Source: Octopus bimaculoides
Taxonomy: Eukaryota
DNA: 64,000 nucleotides
NCBI RefSeq assembly: GCF_001194135.2
Contig: NC_069000.1
Span: 19,015,359-19,079,358 of the forward strand
Direction: 5' to 3'
This document shows, one piece after another, positions 51,050-64,000 of this stretch (the stretch's first letter is position 1; every line of letters starts with the position of its first letter). The translations under genes and the position numbers were made by a program. Below the pieces are notes generated by a model. That model was not told the DNA's origin. It ran no database searches and saw only the letters and a program-made list of their open reading frames with translations.

Positions 51050-53070
51050 TAATTTAAATGCAATGTATGTTGCTAAAAAAGCCTACATTGAAAGCGAATC
51101 TATTGATAAATTTAGAAGAACTTTTAGACAGCAAATAAGACCAGCTCTTGCTCAAAACAAGTACTGATCAAACATGGCAGAACACACAAGAGCATTTGAT
51201 GCAAGATCATTTGTAAACTCACACAAGTTTAACAAAAATCAAATGAAGCTGACCAAGTGGGTATATTTGCAGAAGAGAATGATGTGATGGTGTTTATGAA
51301 TAATATGACTTGTTAAAGTAGTCAAAACAATTGTGGTGAAAGAGGTCAGTTACTGATGAGAGATTAACGTCTAACTTCCCAAAACCGAGCCAAGAATAAA
51401 CTGCGAACTGTTAGTGAATTAAGAAATGTGTGACCCTTTTGTTTAGAATTCTAGAGATTTTTGGGATCCTATCTTGAAATTGATGGGCCTGAAGGAGCTG
51501 CCTAAGAGGTTGCTTGTTTGTAATGGACATATCTGTTGAGCTGGTTAAGGAAAAGGAGTTTCCAAACTGGATTAAGAAGATATACACTGTTTTACCTAAC
51601 AATGATCAAAGTAAGGTTACTACATAATAGGTTCGTACACAAAAACTTATTCAAGGTAATGTGGCTGTCAAGGCTAGACTTGCAGACAGAGGAATTCAAG
51701 ATGAAGACGCTCAATATTTATAGTCATTTTAGCTGTAATTGTCCTTAGTGAGTGGTATTACAGTTCTCTAACAGCTTTCCTTCAAGGTAAAGAAATATAC
51801 AGTCTTGTTTATCAGTTACCATCACCTGGGGCTAAAACTGAAAGCTTGATTCAAGGCCCTGGTTTCTAACTGTGAAAAATGAATTACATAAATTAGGGGT
51901 TAAGCTGTGACTAAGCTATTTTTACTTTCTATGGTAAAGGAAAGTTACACAGAAAATAGAACTCCAACATTTTTTACAGAGCCTTTTATTATTGATATCT
52001 AATCTACACTTGTTGCGAAGTTTGAAGAATCCTCAAGTTCTAATATGCTCAACTGGATATTCATAAAAAAAAAGCAATATTATATTTGTCAACCAGAACA
52101 AGTAGGTAGTGGATGATTTGAAGCCTGTTCTTATTCCAGCTTTACAAATTGGAAAAGAAGAAACTCAACCATGCTGAAACAACTTCATCGAGACAAACTC
52201 ATGATAAACTGAATTGGACTGCCCCAAAAAACCAGATTTTAGCTTTGATATTAGTGAATTTAACTCATTTATGTAGAAGAGAAAAGTAGAATGTATAAAA
52301 TAAGTTAACAAAATCATCAAGTAGAGATCACAAATCGTAATGATCTACACATACTAAAGCTCATAGCTGAGAATGATGTGCCTCTCACCAGCCTTGGGAA
52401 TGGGCGTTTTAGAGTGGCAACATCATCTTCGCCATTAGAAGTAGAAGCGACTGCTTTTCCAAAAATTGGTCAAAAAAGAATGAGAGTTGTCAAAACAGTA
52501 GAAATTGTAGCAATGATGAAACCATATCAAAGTATGAATATTCTCCAAGACATTACTTTCTGAAGTGTTATATTCCAATGATTTATCAAGGATTCTAATG
52601 AGCTGAAAGTTGTGGAATACACAATTATATTCTCGCACCTCCACAGATCCTAGACAAAAAAAATTAAGAACTGAGACGGCTATTCTCAGGGAGATATTGA
52701 GTAAGAAAGAAATCAATGCGATCCTTTGGATTCTCAAGATTATCAATGTTTTGACTAAACGAGATGTCCTATCTTTCAAGATATTGAAGTATGTATAGTG
52801 ATATGGAAAAATAACTCTTTGAAATTCTAAAGACTGCTCGCTTAATAAAAAGTAGGTGATGGGGGTACTGTAGGTGATGCATAGCTGTTTTCATTTAGTT
52901 TTATTTTCTTTATTTTTCTGTTTGGAGTTACTGCCCTTATATCTTGTACATTCCACCGGAGAAAGAGAGCACTGTATGTTGTTTCTGTTTAGTTGAAGCC
53001 ATATTTTGTTTGAAACCAGTGGTGATATTGCAGAACTAATAGTCATTAAAAGATGTACATTAAACAGCAA
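51050..53070 (+). mobile_element. Decayed Ty1/copia LTR retrotransposon (post-integrase linker, RT, RNase H, putative 3' LTR), GalEa-like
   Basis: NAMYVAKKAYIESESIDKFRRTFRQQIRP; KEKEFPNW...VKARLADRG; TAFLQGKEI; SRPWFLTVKNELHKLGVK; KRMRVVK; KLRTETAILREILSKKEINAILW...LTKR. A purine tract AAAGTAGGTGATGGGGG precedes TG...ATTAAACAGCAACA (about 52870-53070). Confidence 0.75.
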
Positions 53071-54214
53071 CATAGAAACAAAATTGTTGCTGAGAATTTG
53101 ATACAGTACAGCTTAATTTGGGGCTAAAAATGAAAGCTTGATTCAAGGCTCTGGTTTCTAACTGTGAAAAATGAATTACATAAATTAGGGACTAAGATGT
53201 GACTAAGCTATTTTTACTTTTCTATATCAAACAGAAAGAGTTGTTTAGAGCAAAGGGTGGTAGACACCCTGCAGGTAATATTTTTTTGCTCGGTTGACTG
53301 AACAATTTAAGAATAAATCACTTGGGCAAAGGATACAAACTACTGAACTCTCAGCTGGATACTTTATGTCTTATCCACTTGGTCAGCTAAACACAAAAAT
53401 GGGACACTTATGTATGAATTAAATACTGTAGACTATGCATAAGCAGTGAATACACTAATAAATTAGTTTCTTCAATAAATTATTTGTATTCAGTATGTGC
53501 ACATACAAACATGCAAGTATATTAGACAGGCTGTTAAAAAGCAAACAATAATGACATGAATATTTAGCAAGAACATAATAAAAATTATGTATATTATCTA
53601 AAGTCTGTGTTGTCATTTGCTCAGATCACAAAATACTTATTACCCTAAATGCAGAGTCAACAAACTTAAAAAACAATCTCATGTGCATTATATTATCTTG
53701 GATAATAAAAAGAATGGATCTTTAAAGATCTTTTGTTTAGAATGAAACAATCTTAACAGAAATGTGCAGTCTCATTGAAATTTTTGAAATTTAAAACATT
53801 GTCAGCAAACATTAAAAAGCTATAAATATGTGGATAGAATAGATTATTGTTCAAATTATTTCTAAAATCTATTTATATCACATTATGTTGAATGTATATC
53901 TAAAAATTGTCTAATGTTTGATAATTCACTTACATAATTAAAATATGAAAGTTAATAAAACAATTTAATTTCTTGTTAGATTTTTATGAGAGTAGATATT
54001 TAAAAAAAGTATTTTAAAAATATTAATAAATAAATAAAAACAATCTAATAAACAGTGAAAGTAATGCTATTAACGTATGTCAACACCCAGGTATATTTGA
54101 AAATTACCCATGCCAACATCGTCTCCTTCATTGGACACGAAACTCAGCTTGCGAAGACTTATTGGGGCAAGCGAAAGCGAAATTGTGATGGCACCTGTTC
54201 CCAGCGTCGCCTTT

Positions 54215-54665
54215 CTGGCACTTGTGCCCGCGGCATGTCTAAGGACTTTCGAACGAGATCATTGCCAGTGCCCCTGGACTTTCTCTTGTGCAGGTGGCAC
54301 ATAAAATACACCATTTTGAGTGTGGCCGTTGCCAGTACCACCTGACTGGCCTTCGTAGGATTTTCGAGCGAGATCATTGCTAGTGCCCCTGGACTCTCTC
54401 TTGTGTGGGTGGCACATAAAATACACCATCTTGAGCGTGGCTGTTGCCAGTACCGCCTGACTGGCCTTCGTGCCGGTGACACGTAAAAGCACCCACTACA
54501 CTCTCTGAGTGGTTGGCGTTAGGAAGGGCATCCAGCTGTAGAAACTCTGCCAAATCAGATTGGAGCCTGGTGCAGCCATCTGGTTTCACCAGTCCTCAGT
54601 CAAATCGTCCAACCCATGCTAGCATGGAAAGCGGACGTTAAACGACGACGACGATGATGATGATG
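54215..54665 (+). mobile_element. Young RTE-tail SINE with an internally duplicated ~120-bp 5' module
   Basis: gagatcattgc(c/t)agtgcccctggact...gttgccagtacc(a/g)cctgactggccttcgt occurs twice, followed by the shared body and (GAC/GAT)n. Confidence 0.85.
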
Positions 54666-55494
54666 AAATTTGGCTGAATTTTAAAGATTATGGTTGTTTC
54701 TTTAAAACAACCTTTTCATTAACTGCACAGATGCTATTTATCATTTTAAAAAGTTCATAACATCTAAAAATAAGAAACTTTTTATTTTCGTAATGTCTAA
54801 AAATGATTTCTTAAAAGAGCACAAACCAAGAAATTTTGGTACCTATTTTACCAAACTGGAAGGATGAAAAGCAAGGTCAACTTCGGTAGCATTTAAATGC
54901 GAATGATCATAAATAAACACTGTCTGCTCTTTAAAATATCTCCTTTTAAGTTTTACACAACTATTCTTATCCTTGATATTAATATCATTGAGTCTAACTC
55001 AACATCCTCATTATTTTGTAGGCTCGACAACAGCTAGGTCACAATCCCAACTATCATCTCCAGAGGACAATGACACCGGACTTAAAGCAACGACTTTTAC
55101 TATAAATAGTGATTTATGATTCATAATATATCCTTGTCATATCATGAAAAAGTGATACGGAAATTAGTCACTTTTTAAAATTATCAACATATTTGTCCTT
55201 GGTTTTTATTTTATTTTTTGAAAATTAAAAAAAATTGTGTTTTTTTTCCCAAAATTGAATAAGAGAAGTAAAAACAAGGGAACCATAATGTGTTTTTGAT
55301 ATTACATCTGTCAGAAATTTTATTCAAATTATGATAAATGTTATCTTTTAACATTTTATTTGTTTCAACAGTTGTTTGTCAGGCCAGAACAACATTTTGT
55401 TCTAGCCTGATAAATAACAATTTCAGATTTCAAAATTCTTTGTTTGTGCATTCTTATATAACTAAAATGATTTTGACACCAGTAGTGGTGGCCA

Positions 55495-55735
55495 CAATGG
55501 ATTTATCATCATCATCATCATCCTCATCCTTATCACCATTTTAGTAACCACTTTTTTATGCTTACTTGACTCAGATGAAATTCACTAAGGCAGATTTTTT
55601 TTTTTACTGCCAAATGTTCTTCCTGTTGCCAACTCTCACCTAATCCCAAGCAAGGTAATGTTTCCCACTGTCCTTTAAATATGGACAGCACATTAATTGG
55701 ACTTGATTTCAAAGAAAACTGCAAGTGAACCACAT
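55495..55735 (-). mobile_element. Diverged RTE-tail SINE
   Basis: (CAT)n then aaatgttcttcctgttgccaactc, the reverse of the family tail. Confidence 0.55.
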
Positions 55736-56195
55736 AAGTTGTATGAGTGATGTTTGTTTACAATTAGCATTAAATGTTAAGAAGTGGACATGAAACATAC
55801 ACACACACACACACACAACAGATTTCATTCAATTAAATGCTCCATTAGAAATTGGTTATTTAACTATAAATATAATACGAAATAAAAGAATGTGTGTCAT
55901 CTCTCTTTTGACTAGAAGCTGAATTTGAATAGACCGACAAAGCAAAACACTGAAATGTAGTGAAAATTGAATATGAGCATGCAAAGTAAGTTTAATCATT
56001 GTTAGATAATGAATCTATGCAAAGGTATCATAATAACTGACTTAGTAAGTGTTGCAGTTAGAAGTTTTCCTAAAGAAAAAAATAGATAAAAAATACAGTG
56101 AGGAACCTATCATAATTAGGCCAGCTTGAAAAAGAAATATATGGAAATAGTTATGAATCATGAAACTGAGTTGGAAGTACTTGACTAAAAGACCT

Positions 56196-56286
56196 GGTAC
56201 AATACCTGGACCAATTCTTTGGTACAATACCTGGACCAATTCTTTGGTACAATACCTGGACCAATTCTTTGGTACAATACCTGGAC
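56196..56286. repeat. Minisatellite, 3.6 perfect copies of a 25-bp unit GGTACAATACCTGGACCAATTCTTT
   Basis: Direct observation. There are no spacers. Confidence 0.95.
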
Positions 56287-58099
56287 TCAGAAGCATGTTT
56301 ATAATGGTGTATATAGGTAAAAAGTAATAAGTATTTTATTTCCACTGTGTAACTTTTATTTCTTTCAGTTTTGAATACATAGCTATATCTCAATGACAGA
56401 GAATGTTATTTATTTCATTCATAAAACAATGGTTATACACTAGCAGGTTATAATAAAATAAAGTAATATTTTGTTTTTAAAAAAAAGACTTAATGAAAAA
56501 GTCATATTTTAGAACATATTCAGTTTTTCAATGATTAACTTTACTTCCACTATAAGATTTAACTCTCAATGTTCTGTAGTGATGAAATGCAGTCAACTCT
56601 ATAACATGAATTTGGATGAAATTTGCTAATACAATATAATGATTGTAAGGTGCACATTGTGAATGAGGTTTTTTTTAACCTGCCCAGGTAAGTTGATTGT
56701 ACATTGGTGTTTTTCTATATATTTACAAGACATCAATTATTGGCCAATGATTTCTTGTCTCCAAGCTGAAGTTGTGCTCCACTTAGTCTATGTAACTTTG
56801 AAGTTGGACAAATACCATTAGAAAAAACATTGCGATATACTTTCACCTTCAATTAAAGACTTTCTGAAAAGGCTTAACAAATTAGTGTTATTTACTCTTG
56901 TTACTCTCATTATAAACTCACCAGTATGCAGAGACTTCACATTTAAAATATATCCTTACTGTTCACAAATGAAAGCATTGAGGCAATGAACAACAACTTG
57001 ACATCTTCACTCCTGCTTAGAAGCAATAAATCCTTATTTAAATTCTATGTTAGTGTGTACACATAATATTGAAACGTTACTCTAATCCAAACTCTCTTTC
57101 ATTAACTCATTAATGTATAAATAATAAAGATACCACTAATAAATAATACTGTTCTTCAGCTCTTGAGGTATTAACCACAGTTATGCTCCAAAATTAAAGG
57201 AAAAAGAATTTGAAGAAATTCACCTGATAAAACATAAAAATAAACACACATGCTGTAAACAGGAAGTTAATTCTAAAATGAGGTAAAATTTAGTTTCTGA
57301 CATAGAAGAGGGCTTCTTTTTCTTCATCCTCCCCCTCCTCCTCCTCCTTTAGTGTCTGTTTTCCATTCTGGTATGGGTTGGGCAGTTTGACCAGAACTGA
57401 CAAGCTAGAGAGCTACACCAGACTTCAGACTCTATGGCTAGATGCCCTTCTGAATGCCAACCACTTTACGGAATGTGCTGGGTGCTTTTACATGGCACCA
57501 GCACAGGACTCTTGCAAGCTAATCCTCTTCACAAGGAGCAGGGTGGCTCTTAACACTTTTGCTGTTGAGTACAAGTCTTCTTGAGTACTTACAGTTTTCA
57601 ATCCCAGACTACAACACTATTTGAAGTGCAATTATATGTAGTTTTGGACTTGGCAACAGTTGTGTCTACTTGCAATACAGGTCTTTAGAAGTTAGTACAT
57701 TTAAATGCATTATATATTTCAATTTTTTTTGTTTTTTATTCTTAAACTGTGTTTTTGCTGAAACTACTAGGACATTTTCTAGTTGAGATGGAAAACTGAC
57801 ACCTTACATCTTCATTAACATTTTCTGATGTTCTCTCATAAAGTTTCAATTTTTTTCATCAAATATCATCATCATCATTTATAAATAATTTCTGACAGAA
57901 TACTTCTGCTAGTTGGTAGAAACTACAAAATATAGACTCAAACGAAGCTTTTAGAAGAGTATTGTAGTGTAACAAACAACTCCATGTATGAATAAAACCG
58001 AAGAGTAAAGAAGTAATTAAGATAGTTTTATGCAGTGTAAGTGAACATGTGAAAGTTAGGTCAGATATGAGAAAGTTTGGAAATATTGAGGGGGATGCA

Positions 58100-58830
58100 T
58101 GAAAACTACTTTGGTAATGTATAGAAAGTCAGGAAAATAATCAAACATTGGAGTACACAGGAGTTGATAGTATGCAAGATGGAGGAATTTACATCATTGC
58201 ATCTACTGAATTGCTTGCTAAATGTAAGCTTCTGATCCAAGAATTAAAAATTGGATGGAGCCCTAAGGTGAGTAATGGAAGGTGTTCTGTGGAGCAAGAT
58301 CTATTGGTCTCTTTGCCATCACACACTTGTGAAGTTTATGAAAAGCATTGTTTCTGCTACTCTTGACATCAATAAATTATCTGTCTGACAAAAAAATCTT
58401 CTTACTAATGGCTTCCATCCATTTTTTGCATTTCTTGGATCAAAGACTTTTTTTCAGACATTATGAAAATATTTCTTGCATTCTATCAACTCCAAAGTTC
58501 TCTTAACATTCCTCTCTCTGCACATTTATGACATACTTCCTGCTAATTCTAACCATATAGGATCCTATGTATATATGATAGCACTCTTCACTTGTCCTTA
58601 ATTTCCTGCTCACAAGCATCAACTTGATACAAACTAAATACTCCACACTAGACTTGCATGGTTTTCATGGCCTTCAGAATGATCTTCCCATCTAGTCTCT
58701 TTCAATAGCACAAAAATACATCCATCAGCCATATCAAGAAACAGATTTGAACTACACCTTCACTATGTATGAACAACACAAAAGAGAACTGAAACAGTCA
58801 AGTCAGAACAAATGTTAGGCCTATAAACAA
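58100..58830 (-). mobile_element. Highly decayed LINE (probably RTE RT region)
   Basis: Coding-like remnants with many stops. Low-resolution recognition only. Confidence 0.35.
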
Positions 58831-61044
58831 CAACCTACAGAAGTTTAAAATGAACATCTACTGAACCAATCTCATCAGTTAGTAAGATGATGGTGTGTAC
58901 TAAAGAAGTCATAAATGCTGCTCCTCTTCATCCAGCTAATCAATTCTAAAATGCTTCCTTTAATAATAAATAGGTTTTATTCTCTTAGTCAGATCATGCT
59001 CATATTCATTAAAAAAAAAAAAGAATAGTCTATGACTGGCACAAATTTTAGTTTGGAGCTCTAGCGTTCAATACAATGTACACAAAATAGAAGAAAATAT
59101 TGCATTCTCTGATTAAATTTATTCCAAATAACAAACTAAGTATAAAGATACATATTGCAAAGTGACAAATATTACAAAGCATTATATTATTTTGTTTTAG
59201 AAAATCAGTTTAAAATATTAAAAACAAAATATTTAATATTTAGTTTAAAAAAAAGACGGATCTAAAATTTTAAAGTATTTATTAACATTAAAACACTTTT
59301 AAATGACAGGACCATTGGTCTATAATTAGGAAAATATCACTAAAAAAATTTATGATAAAAAAATTAAACAATGAAATCAATTTCCTTCAAATCATTGACC
59401 ATGAAAAATAAACAGAAAATCAAAAGGAATTTAATCAGCTTGTGATTGATTTGTGGTTTAGAACAAAATGGAAGTTATTAAACGATGATGAAATAGAAAG
59501 ATAAATTGAGATAAAATTTAAAAAAAGAAATAAAATACAGTGAATAATAACAGCTTAGTTTAAAATAAATAGGTTCAAATAATTGATGTATAATCATGAG
59601 GTCAAGAAAACTGATATCAATGTATAAAATAGCTCTCTTACAGCAACCAGTAAATGCTTACTGTCAGAATTTTAATTACAAACATTATTAGGGAGTACAT
59701 AATTGATATTACTAATTAGTAGTTTCTAAAACACAAATAGCACCTCTTTAAAACTAATTGACTAGATTTGTAGCAAATCAACTGAAACAAAACGAAAGAT
59801 TACGTGTTAGCACTATGAAATAAACAAACACCAGTCAATGCTTCTAATTTTCTCTTTTTCTTTTAGTGTCAAAACATTCTAAAGAGGAAAATGTCTCAGG
59901 AATTTAAGGACAGCTATGAATTAAGCAATTTAAGGAGATAAAATAAGTATTAAAAAATGTAGAATAATAACAGAATATAACAATGAGTTAATGAGAAAGA
60001 ATTTCAAGGATTTGAAATGATAACTTTATTATAATAACAAAGATGAAATATGTTAGATAACTAGTTTTACTTTCAAGAATTATCACAGAGAATTCTAAAT
60101 AATTTTAAATTAATAAGGATTTGTCATACAGAAAAAAGCTTGAAATTTAACAAGATAGGGAAAACAGTACGTTATGAAGTCCAAAGCATAAAATATGTAA
60201 ATTGACCAAACTGAGAACTGAAACAAGACCAAGTACATAATTCCATTATCAAGAACATTACAGTGATGTAACACCTGCTACAACAACCGAAGTCTTTTAA
60301 CAATACACAACATTAGTTCTAATGAGACAGAGTGGGGATATATGATCAAATCAGTTCCCATATATNNNNNNNNNNNNNNNNNNNNNNNNNNNNNNNNNNN
60401 NNNNNNNNNNNNNNNNNNNNNNNNNNNNNNNNNNNNNNNNNNNNNNNNNNNNNNNNNNNNNNNNNNNNNNNNNNNNNNNNNNNNNNNNNNNNNNNNNNNN
60501 NNNNNNNNNNNNNNNNNNNNNNNNNNNNNNNNNNNNNNNNNNNNNNNNNNNNNNNNNNNNNNNNNNNNNNNNNNNNNNNNNNNNNNNNNNNNNNNNNNNN
60601 NNNNNNNNNNNNNNNNNNNNNNNNNNNNNNNNNNNNNNNNNNNNNNNNNNNNNNNNNNNNNNNNNNNNNNNNNNNNNNNNNNNNNNNNNNNNNNNNNNNN
60701 NNNNNNNNNNNNNNNNNNNNNNNNNNNNNNNNNNNNNNNNNNNNNNNNNNNNNNNNNNNNNNNNNNNNNNNNNNNNNNNNNNNNNNNNNNNNNNNNNNNN
60801 NNNNNNNNNNNNNNNNNNNNNNNNNNNNNNNNNNNNNNNNNNNNNNNNNNNNNNNNNNNNNNNNNNNNNNNNNNNNNNNNNNNNNNNNNNNNNNNNNNNN
60901 NNNNNNNNNNNNNNNNNNNNNNNNNNNNNNNNNNNNNNNNNNNNNNNNNNNNNNNNNNNNNNNNNNNNNNNNNNNNNNNNNNNNNNNNNNNNNNNNNNNN
61001 NTATATATACTCTTTTACTTGTTTCAGTCATTTGACTGTGGCCA

Positions 61045-62230
61045 TAATATGGGGTTTTTTTTAATACTTCTTTTTCTTTTCAAAATTAAGATAAACAAAG
61101 TTCTTTTTTACTCTCCTTCATTTTAGACAATCCTCTTCTATCTATCTGGTAGACTTGCAAGGCCCCTCTTCCAAAATTCAATTGTCTGTGCTCCAGTACT
61201 GTTCTGACCTCGTCTACAGAATTCATATTTTTCCCATCAAAATGATTTTGAAGACTACGGAATAAATGGTAATCAGATGGGGCAATGTCCAGTGAATATG
61301 GTGGGCAGAGTATTGTTTCCCATTCAAACTGTTCCAGCCTTTGGAATGTCATCTTCACTGTATATGGCTGAGCATTATCCTGATGGAAGAACACCTTTCG
61401 TCTTGAAACCAAAGATGGTCGTTTTTCTTCTAACACTGACTTAAGCTTCTCAAGCTGTTCGCAGTAGATCTTCTTTGTTATCATTTGGTTTGGGCTTAAA
61501 AGTTCAAAGTGGACTAAACCTTTCATACTCCTCCAAACAGATAACAACACCTTATGTGAGTGAAGATCTTCTTTAACCTGAGGTGCTGGTGTTTCTCTTT
61601 TTCCTATCCACTGTCTTCGGTGGTTGACATTTTTATAGAGAATCCATTTATCATCACCAGTCACTATTCAGTCCAAAAGAGGTTCATTCATGATATGTGA
61701 CAGCAAAGAAGAGCACACATTCACTCTGCACGATTAGATTTCGAAAGTTTGTGAGGAACCCATTGACCCAATTTTCTGACTTTTCTAATGGTACACAGGT
61801 GTTGATGAATGGTTGAATGACCAAATCCAAGCGTCTCTGCTAGTTCTTCAACAGTTAAAACGTGGTTTTGTTCTACCAGGATTTGTAGGATGTCTTTGTT
61901 GAGCTCTACAAATCTTCCAGGAGGAAACTCATCTTCTAGGCTGTAGTTTCCAGCTCAGAATTTCTGTAACCATCACTGACACTGGCTTACTGCCTATTGT
62001 CCAATCTCTATATACTGCATTAATATTCCTTGCACTTTCCGTTGTGTTATTACCTTTACTGAACTCATAAAGCAAAAAATGCCAAATATGCTCCTTTGTC
62101 ACTTCCATTATAGCCTTGAAAAAATAACTGTTAAAATTGAAATGCACTTCTCAAAATTTGCACTAAGAATAATAAGGACAAGGTAAAATTACTAGATGCT
62201 TTTATAGAAAGTTGATGCAGTTAGTTTATC
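61045..62230 (-). mobile_element. Near full-length defective mariner (DD34D) transposon
   Basis: N-terminus MEVTKEHIWHFLLYEFSKGNN, LGQWVPHKL, VTGDDKWILY, FFHQDNAQPY and PPYSLDIAPSDYHLFRSLQN. Stops and frameshifts lie between the pieces. TIRs not resolved. Confidence 0.92.
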
Positions 62231-62299
62231 CCGTCCATCTTCGACTTTTAGTTCATGCAATTGAAAATATCTCATTATTTATGAGATCTATAAAATTAT

Positions 62300-63915
62300 C
62301 CTACTCCACCACCACCACCACCACTTGCCGGAGTTATCTGGCATCTTAACAATAAAAAACTCAGAAATCCACAACTAGCTAACCACCATCCTAATAACTT
62401 AACTCAACAAAAACCCCAGCTCCATACATATAAACCCAAAACACTAATTTATCGCCCTTAACAACACAAACTCCCATAATTCCAACTATAATTCCTGATC
62501 CTTAAATTTACCACAACACCCAGCTATACCTCTTATAAAAATAGAGAACAACACAGACGATACCACCCGGCAAGATAATCATCATATTATACAACCCCAC
62601 ATTCAACTCCCTAATAAATACTAATCTTAACACCAGCAATAATAATGGACCTAACACCAGTTCCTCACTAAATAACAATCCCCTCACAAGTTTATCTGGA
62701 ATACCCCCTACAAACCTATGCAGCTACAGATGTCTAACCTCCTGTCCTTTAGATAATTGCTGTCTCACAAAAAGCATCATTTACAAGTGTACAGTATCAA
62801 CTGCCAACTGTAACTACATATATATTGGCTCATGTAGCACAACCTTCAAAGCTAGAGGGAGCAACCACTACTCCAGTTTCAAGTCTCTAACAAAATCCAA
62901 CAGCACATCGTTGTCTTAGCTTATCAATAAACTAAAGATTGATTCAACTCCTTACACTCTCAACTGGTCCATAATCACCCATGTCAAACCATACAGCAGC
63001 TATAATAACAAGTGTGATCTCTACATAGCTGAGGTCTTAGCTATTTTGCAATCCATAGATTGTCTTAATGAATGCAGCAGTATAATTTTTACCTGCAAAC
63101 ATCGATCACTAAATCTATTCTCTAAATACAAATAACAACCCTACCCTGCTTTTTCCCCCCTAACCTTCATAAATTTTCCCTCTTATTTACTCTCACTACC
63201 ACTATATGTTAAACCAACACTATATCTTCCCTTTAATTCCCTTTTGTCATTTATATACTTCTCTCTGTATCTTTCCTTTACCTTTCATAACATTTTTTTT
63301 TCTCTTATTCTTCCCTTAAATTCTTTATTGTCACTTACTTCTTCTCTCTGTATTTTTACCTACCATTTATAAAAATTTTTTCTCTTATTTCACTTGCCTC
63401 TTGTAAGCTTACAAATACACACAGCAACATACACCTCCACTACTTCATACTCACCACACACAATATACACTCCTTAAATGATTGCTAGTAGTAGCTGCCA
63501 TGGTTCTTGCCCATTTTATCTTGGTTTCTTCATGCATACCTTTTCTCCTCCTTGACCAAAAATATTTCCCCACCCTCTCCCCTCCACATCTTTTATTCAA
63601 ATACCACTCTCCTTGCTAATTCCTGTGATTCAGCCCTATTGAATACTACTGGTCAAATGACAATTTGCTTAAATTCCTCTTTCTTCTCACCACCTTATGT
63701 TTTTTCTTTTTCCTTCTTTTAATCATAATTCCTCTCTACATTTATATTCTCCACTCCTATTGTGCTCTTGACGCATTCTGATTGAATCTTCTATGTGTTA
63801 ATATGTACCTCCTTGTGACAATGTAAACTTTCATTCAATCAAGATATCTTTGGCCTGAAGAATAGCCTGCAGTATACACCTTGCTTTACCACTATGAAAC
63901 ATATGTAACCTGGAT
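62300..63915 (+). mobile_element. Penelope-like element 3' part: GIY-YIG endonuclease remnant, pyrimidine-rich UTR, hammerhead-like motif
   Basis: 62715-63130 translates CSYRCLTSCPLDNCCLTKSIIYKCTVS...YIYIGSCSTTFKARGSNHYSSF...LNWSII...NKCDLY...CKHR with one internal stop. CTGAAGA-ATAG..CTAT-GAAAC-ATAT-GTA at 63855-63907. Confidence 0.85.
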
Positions 63916-63949
63916 CTTATTTACTCCATTCCTTAACTCTTATACATAC

Positions 63950-64000
<51 letters not shown>

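Noticed and set aside
52300-52650. Minus-strand frame reading like a membrane protein if two TGA codons were Trp (recoding, editing or Mycoplasma-code idea)
   Set aside because: It is the antisense strand of the copia RNase H remnant, and hydrophobic antisense frames are expected from A-rich sense sequence.
60332-61126. Three ORFs longer than 220 aa in the track
   Set aside because: They consist almost entirely of N-gap translation.

Overview
AT-rich eukaryotic genomic DNA, very likely octopus (coleoid cephalopod). That inference rests on the tRNA/CORE-type SINE families, RTE-type tails and microsatellite load, recognised from memory with no database search. There are five N-gaps (13777-13875, 19347-19438, 28408-28513, 37090-37099, 60366-61001). 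No intact long host ORF is present, and almost every ORF in the supplied track comes from a microsatellite, a gap or a transposon. Well-supported content is mobile DNA: two mariner relics, DD37D/maT and Tigger relics, RTE LINE pieces, a decayed Ty1/copia element, a Penelope-like element with a hammerhead-like motif, several MITEs and dozens of SINEs. About 20 of the SINEs form two convergent head-to-tail arrays (18.6-25.0 kb). Between the repeats are short minus-strand candidate exons. One (32018-32093) resembles the alternative C-terminal tail of Drosophila dynamin (shibire), and several others would also be open after an AG phase-2 donor, which suggests a possible array of alternative last exons. 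All exon calls are tentative.
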